Below are positions 59,041 through 64,000 of a stretch of 64,000 bases of DNA, piece by piece. Every line of letters begins with the position of its first letter. Position 1 is the first letter of the stretch. Made by a program: the position numbers and the translations under genes. The stretch spans positions 576,001 to 640,000 of the forward strand of contig OZ219801.1 in NCBI GenBank assembly GCA_964291655.2. Direction: 5' to 3'. The notes beneath the pieces were generated by a model. It made no database searches and was not told the DNA's origin. It saw only the letters and a list, made by a program, of their open reading frames with translations. This stretch comes from Chloroflexota bacterium. GTDB lineage: Bacteria > Chloroflexota > UBA11872 > VXOZ01.

Positions 59041-60077
59041 GTGCAACGCGCGCGTTGAATATTGGCGTCATTTCGTTCGACCACGGCCATCAGAACGGGT
59101 ACGTCTCTGCCATGCTCGAACTACCTTCGGCAAATCTCGTTGCCGCAGCCGATGCCGTGCCGGAACAACTCAATAGCATGCATGCTATGCTTGCCGCCCA
59201 TCCGGCAGCGCCGGATGTAAGAGTCTTTTCCGATTATCACGAACTCTTGGAGCTTGACGAGGTGGAAGCAGTCTCGATCTGCTCTGCCAACGCCGACCAC
59301 GCGCAGATGACTATCGACGCAGCGCAAGCCGGCAAGCACGTCCTCTGCGAGAAGCCGCTCTGCATCACGCTGGAAGAAGCAGACGCGATGATTGCCGCCT
59401 GCCGCGATGCCGGTGTGCACTTGGCCACCGCCTATCCCTGTCGCTTTGCGCCCGTCGCGTGGCAGGCCAAGCAGCGCGTGGATAACGGGGAGATTGGCGA
59501 CATCCTCGCCATGCACGGCACGAACCATCTCAGGCCGTTTACAGAAGGGTGGTTCATCGATCCGCAACGCTCCGGCGGCGGCACGATTCGCGACCATATC
59601 GTACACGTCACCGACCTGATGCGGTGGTTTACGGGTAGAGAAATTGTGGAGGTGTACGCCGAGGGAGACACGCTGAAGCGGCCGCACATTGCCGTGGATG
59701 ACGTCGCAATCCTCGTCGAGACGTTTGAAGGCGGTATTCTGGCCTCCACCGACCCCTCATGGAATCGACCGGAAAACTGGTCCAAGTGGGGCAACGTCTA
59801 TCTTCGCCTGCTCGGAACCAGGGGTATGATCGAAATTGAAATCACGGGACAAGCCCTGGTGCGCACTGAAGCGAAGAGTGGATCTGTCTCGTCGATTGAT
59901 ACATCAGAGTCAATGAATTACTATTTGCTTAAGGATTTTTGCGAAGCAATTATCGCTGGACGCTCTCCATTGGTCACAGGGGAAGACGGTCGCGCCGGGG
60001 TGGAAGCCATCCTCGCTGCATATCAGTCCATTGAAGAAGGACGGCCGATTCGTATTGGCTCACGCCAATGCGGCTGA
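59037..60077 (+). CDS. Gfo/Idh/MocA family oxidoreductase
   Basis: AGKHVLCEKP, WF.DP.RSGGG...DH.VH..DL and GEDG. Confidence 0.92.
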   Translation: MSATRALNIGVISFDHGHQNGYVSAMLELPSANLVAAADAVPEQLNSMHAMLAAHPAAPDVRVFSDYHELLELDEVEAVSICSANADHAQMTIDAAQAGKHVLCEKPLCITLEEADAMIAACRDAGVHLATAYPCRFAPVAWQAKQRVDNGEIGDILAMHGTNHLRPFTEGWFIDPQRSGGGTIRDHIVHVTDLMRWFTGREIVEVYAEGDTLKRPHIAVDDVAILVETFEGGILASTDPSWNRPENWSKWGNVYLRLLGTRGMIEIEITGQALVRTEAKSGSVSSIDTSESMNYYLLKDFCEAIIAGRSPLVTGEDGRAGVEAILAAYQSIEEGRPIRIGSRQCG

Positions 60078-60182
60078 TGCTGGTGCGGCTAAGGACGGTG
60101 AGGTCTGCTGCGCGAAGGTTAGGAGACGTAGTCCTTGTGATAGAGAACCTATGAATATCGCTCCGTTGAGTGGAGGAAAGTA

Positions 60183-60563
60183 ATGCGAAGACGTCTTTTC
60201 TTGGTAGTCGCTGGCGGCACGCTTCTAAGCGCCTGTAGGCTTGGCATTGGGGAAGCGCCGCCTGAAGAAGCGCAGTTCATCCCCTTACGCATCCTCACGT
60301 ACTCCGAGATCGTTCACCGTGGGAAAGAAGCAATTCTTCACGCGGCTTCTAAAGAAGGTAGCGAGCTCACCCCTGCGCTGATGCGCGGTGAGGAGACCAT
60401 AGCCATCGAGGAGTTCACATCCAAGATGGCGGGAGATGACGGTTATGTGCGGTGGACCTGGACCGTGCCCGAAACGCTTGAGCCCGGCACGTACACCATA
60501 ATGGTGACGGCAGTGGCTGCTGAAGGCGAGATTTCGTGGACTGAAGAATTCGAGGTTAGGTAG
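60183..60563 (+). CDS. Hypothetical lipoprotein (Ig-like beta-sandwich suggested)
   Basis: GGAGG RBS; MRRRLFL...LSAC lipobox; G...W.W.VP....PGTY.I.V pattern. Confidence 0.7.
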   Translation: MRRRLFLVVAGGTLLSACRLGIGEAPPEEAQFIPLRILTYSEIVHRGKEAILHAASKEGSELTPALMRGEETIAIEEFTSKMAGDDGYVRWTWTVPETLEPGTYTIMVTAVAAEGEISWTEEFEVR

Positions 60564-60583
60564 CGTCGCCTAAGGGGAAGGCC

Positions 60584-61615
60584 ATGGTAGGTGACCGCCT
60601 GAATACCGCTGTTGTCGGTGTTGGACTCATTGGGGAGCAGCACGCCGATGTCTATGCCGCGTATGAACGGTCGAATCTCTCGCTTGTTTACGACGCCAAT
60701 CCCGAGCGCGCACAGGCTGTGGCAGATCGTCTGGATTGCGAGGTTGCCCCCAACTTAGAGGCGATTGCAGCCTCAGACGCGGCGCTCGTGAGCGTGGCTA
60801 CGCCAGATTTCGCCCACCGCGACGCGGTCGTGACTATGCTGGAAGCCGGCAAGCACGTGCTCGTGGAGAAACCTCTGGCCACCACCGTCGCCGACGCCGT
60901 TGCAATGGTACAAGCCGCCGAACGCAACAATCGCCTGTTCAGCGTGAGCCTTGGCAATCGCTGGGTCAACGATATTCAAGAACTCCGCGACTGCGTGCAA
61001 AGCGGCGAAATTGGCGAGCCGGTTTTTGGCTTCTCGCGCCTCTCCGACACGATATGGGTGCCCACGCAGATGCTTTCGTGGGGCAGTCAGTCCGGTCCCC
61101 ACTGGTTCCTCTTCCCTCACACCATGGACTACATGCGTTGGATCATCGGCCAAGATGCGGTAAGCGTCTATGCCCGCGGCGAAAAACGCCTGCTGCCTGA
61201 GAAAGGCGTGGATGCCTATGACTTCGTGCAGGCCATGGTGGAATTTGAAAACTGCACGATTACTTTCGAGACCTCCTGGATTGTGCCGGAAGGCTATCCC
61301 GCCATCGTCGAACAATACCTCTCCCTGTACGGGACGAAGGGCAAGGTTACACTTGATCGCTCGAATCGGGGCTTCACGCTGGATACCGAATCCCGCCAAC
61401 TCACGATACGGCCCAAGATGTGGTCGTACTTCAAGACGGACCACTCCTGGGGCAATTCCATGCGCAATATGGTGGACTGCGTGCTGGAAGGCGGCGAACC
61501 GGCAATACCGGCGCGCGACGGCCTGGCCGTAGTCGCCATGATAGAAGCTGCCGAACGCTCGATCCTCACCGGCCAGCCGGTGCGACCGGCCGACCTGATC
61601 GCGGAGCATAAATAG
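60584..61615 (+). CDS. Gfo/Idh/MocA family oxidoreductase
   Basis: VGVGLIG, ATPDFAH, GKHVLVEKP and H..D..RW. Confidence 0.92.
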   Translation: MVGDRLNTAVVGVGLIGEQHADVYAAYERSNLSLVYDANPERAQAVADRLDCEVAPNLEAIAASDAALVSVATPDFAHRDAVVTMLEAGKHVLVEKPLATTVADAVAMVQAAERNNRLFSVSLGNRWVNDIQELRDCVQSGEIGEPVFGFSRLSDTIWVPTQMLSWGSQSGPHWFLFPHTMDYMRWIIGQDAVSVYARGEKRLLPEKGVDAYDFVQAMVEFENCTITFETSWIVPEGYPAIVEQYLSLYGTKGKVTLDRSNRGFTLDTESRQLTIRPKMWSYFKTDHSWGNSMRNMVDCVLEGGEPAIPARDGLAVVAMIEAAERSILTGQPVRPADLIAEHK

Positions 61616-61744
61616 GAAAGTAACCAGCCGGCTCCCGAGAGATTGCCCCGAGATTGCGCACACTCCTTGAGGAACCCACTGCACAGTCTTGGTCAGCGTT
61701 GCACGGTCACTACCTCTCACTGGGGCTGACAAGGGGTATGTAAA

Positions 61745-61838
61745 TGTCATTCCGAGCGCAGCGAGGAATCTAAAGATGCTGATTATGCGGGGATGTGCTT
61801 TAGATTCCTCACTCCGCTGCGCTCCGTTCGGAATGACA
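61745..61838. repeat. REP-like inverted repeat pair (tgtcattccgagc..gaggaatct / agattcctc..ttcggaatgaca)
   Basis: Arms are directly complementary; followed by a gggagaggg..gggtgagggg copy at 61875-61904. Confidence 0.75.
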
Positions 61839-61986
61839 TGTGAAGTCGACTATAGAATACATACCCCTGTCAGATCTCCCAGGGGAGAGGGCCGGGGTGA
61901 GGGGAAAATGCCGCAATCAAGCCGATTTTCACCGGTTTAGCATGGCTTTACAATGCCTGCCACACACCGATACCGAGGACTACTGA

Positions 61987-63012
61987 ATGGAGAACGGGGG
62001 AATGAACCAAATCGGCATCGGCGTTATTGCCGCCGGACAGATGGGGCAGCGGCACGCCAACGTCTGCCGGCAACTTCCCGAGGTGGAGCTGCGTGCGGTA
62101 GCAGACCTGAATGCGCAAGCCGCACACGCGGCCGCCGACCCGGCGGGCGCAGCCGTCCACACCGACTGGCACGACTTGCTTGCGCGTGACGACATTCAGG
62201 CGGTGAGCATCTGCCTGCCGGACTGGGACCACCGTGACGCCGTGATTGCGGCAGCAGAGGCCGGCAAGCACATTTTGCTTGAAAAGCCTTTGGCCATTGA
62301 CGTTGCCGATGCAGACGACATGGTCGCCGCAGTGGAGCGCACCGGCATCACGCTGCTCGTGGGGCACACGCTCCACTTCGACCCCCGCTACGCCATGCCT
62401 TTGGAAGACTACCGGCGCGGCGCAATCGGCGACATCATCCACGTCTTCGCCCGCCGCAACAATCCCATCACCAGCGCCGAGAAGTTCGAAGGCAACACCA
62501 CGGTGTTGCAGTTCCTGGGCATCCATGACATCGAATACGTGCTCTCGATGGTGGACGAGCCGGTGGTGCGCGTAACCGCGGAGTCGCACCGGGTGCTGGC
62601 GACAAAACTCGGCATCGATGACGCGGTCTTTACGCTCGAAAGATTCGCCTCCGGCGCCGTTGCCAGCTTCGAGCATGCCTGGACCCTGCCCAGTCAGACG
62701 TATCGGGCGCTGGACGCGCGCCTCGACGCCGTCGGTGCCGAGGGGATGATCCGTATAGATTGCGCCCCCGCCACGAGCATGACGATAGGCCAAGATCAGG
62801 TCGAAACCCACGACACGTGGTACGGCCCGACGCTGGACGAGAACTACGTGGGCGCTATCTTCCACGAGGTCAAGCACTTCGTCGATTGCGTGCGCACCGG
62901 CAGAGAACCGGCGGTTAAGCTAGCGCACGCCTATGAAGCGGTGCGCGTGGTGGACGCGGCCCAGCGTTCAGCCGCCAGCGGACAGCCGGTCAGCCTAGCA
63001 GGAAACAGGTAA
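61987..63012 (+). CDS. Gfo/Idh/MocA family oxidoreductase
   Basis: GVIAAGQMG, CLPDWDH, AGKHILLEKP and GIHDIE. Start could be 62002. Confidence 0.92.
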   Translation: MENGGMNQIGIGVIAAGQMGQRHANVCRQLPEVELRAVADLNAQAAHAAADPAGAAVHTDWHDLLARDDIQAVSICLPDWDHRDAVIAAAEAGKHILLEKPLAIDVADADDMVAAVERTGITLLVGHTLHFDPRYAMPLEDYRRGAIGDIIHVFARRNNPITSAEKFEGNTTVLQFLGIHDIEYVLSMVDEPVVRVTAESHRVLATKLGIDDAVFTLERFASGAVASFEHAWTLPSQTYRALDARLDAVGAEGMIRIDCAPATSMTIGQDQVETHDTWYGPTLDENYVGAIFHEVKHFVDCVRTGREPAVKLAHAYEAVRVVDAAQRSAASGQPVSLAGNR

Positions 63013-63078
63013 TGCCTGTAATATCCTCACATTTAAGATTCAGCTAGGTTGAGACTTGGCCCTGCTGCTGTTACATCA

Positions 63079-63129
63079 CGCAATTGACCGTTCGTGCTGA
63101 GCTTGTCGAAGTATGAACGGTCAATTGCG
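63079..63129. repeat. REP-like palindrome between convergent genes (possible terminator)
   Basis: cgcaattgaccgttc...gaacggtcaattgcg 15-bp perfect arms around the shared 33-bp core. Confidence 0.75.
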
Positions 63130-63170
63130 AAAGTCAAGGAATGCCTCCCGTCGTATAAGCAGGTCACGCC

Positions 63171-64000
63171 TTATTCCTCAGCCACCACCCGCTCTAGCTG
63201 ACCGAACACCTTTTGAAACGCCTGCACGTACCTCGCCATCAGGGATTCGTCATTAGGCGGGGTCAGCCCCATAAGCGGGATGACTCTATCCACCGCGTTG
63301 GATGCATGCGGATAGTCCTCCGGACGATATTCTATCGTGCCGTCGTAGCGACACGTCCAGGGGCAGCCGCGGCCATAGCCCTCCTGCTCCTGAAAGAGCG
63401 TCATACGGGGCAGCAGAAACTCCGCGCGGCCCAGGCCGACGCCTTCCGCCCGCAGCGCCTCCCGCACTTTCTCGCTCGCAGTTCCCGGATCGACATCCAG
63501 TCCCGCCTCTTCCGGCGCGAACTCCGCCACATAGCGGAAGTAAACATGGGTGCGATTAGGAGGCACATGCGGCAGTCGTAGACCCGGTATCCCCGCCAAG
63601 TGCTTGTTGAGATAGGCGGCGTTTGCCTGGATGTGCGCTGTAGTCTCGTCGATGCGCGTCAGTTGCGAGCGGATGAAGGCGTTGGTCATTTCAGTCCCGC
63701 GGTACATCCAGCCCATGCCGTAGACGTTGTACTCGCGTTCGCCGTCGGAGCGCCGCCGTTCGCCGAACTGTTGCACCCGCGCCGCCATGTCCCACGCATC
63801 CTCATCGTCGGTGACCAGTGCGCCGCCTTCGCCACCGGGCAGGTTCTTATTGCCGTTAAAGCTGAATGCGCCGACGTGACCGAGCGTGCCGACGGAGCGC
63901 CCGCTGTACGTCGCCGCCTGCGCCTGGCAACAGTCCTCGATCACCTTCAGCCCGTGCTTTTCCGCCACCGCCATGATGCCGTCCATGTCGGCCGGCAGGC
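63171..64000 (-). CDS. DegT/DnrJ/EryC1/StrS family PLP aminotransferase (5' part outside window)
   Basis: IEDCCQA, FSFNGNKNL..GEGG and G.MYR. The ORF runs to the window edge. Confidence 0.93.
   Translation of the reverse strand, partial: LPADMDGIMAVAEKHGLKVIEDCCQAQAATYSGRSVGTLGHVGAFSFNGNKNLPGGEGGALVTDDEDAWDMAARVQQFGERRRSDGEREYNVYGMGWMYRGTEMTNAFIRSQLTRIDETTAHIQANAAYLNKHLAGIPGLRLPHVPPNRTHVYFRYVAEFAPEEAGLDVDPGTASEKVREALRAEGVGLGRAEFLLPRMTLFQEQEGYGRGCPWTCRYDGTIEYRPEDYPHASNAVDRVIPLMGLTPPNDESLMARYVQAFQKVFGQLERVVAEE

Overview
GC-rich (roughly 55-60% by eye) bacterial chromosomal segment. Gene content suggests Chloroflexota, possibly host- or sponge-associated (inference from a membrane-anchored ankyrin protein, an FN3 remnant, six Gfo/Idh/MocA paralogues and orphan Tat-lipoprotein solute-binding proteins). 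The housekeeping backbone comprises hemW, folK, thpR, galU, a polyprenyl synthase, purS-Q-L-F-M-N-fchA-folD-eno-larB-larC, a UPF0182 protein, an FtsH-like protease, nrdR, mnmE, pyrE and recQ. Intergenic spaces carry several REP-like palindrome families and nested miniature IS relics. The best candidate for an undescribed system is a mauE-mauD cassette (25076-26738). Its third gene is not a methylamine dehydrogenase light chain: it encodes a Tat-exported, Trp-free, 67-residue peptide with 10 Cys, and no mauB or mauG lies nearby. This looks like a dedicated disulfide-folding system for a small Cys-rich secreted peptide. Also notable: an NrdR with a tandemly duplicated zinc ribbon preceded by two NrdR-box-like sites 32 bp apart, a structured RNA candidate behind a near-consensus promoter upstream of galU, nested MITEs at 9-554, a decayed response regulator next to an intact kinase, and a head-to-head gene overlap at hemW. 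No rRNA, tRNA, CRISPR array or intact transposase was recognised. All calls are by eye from motifs; no searches were run.
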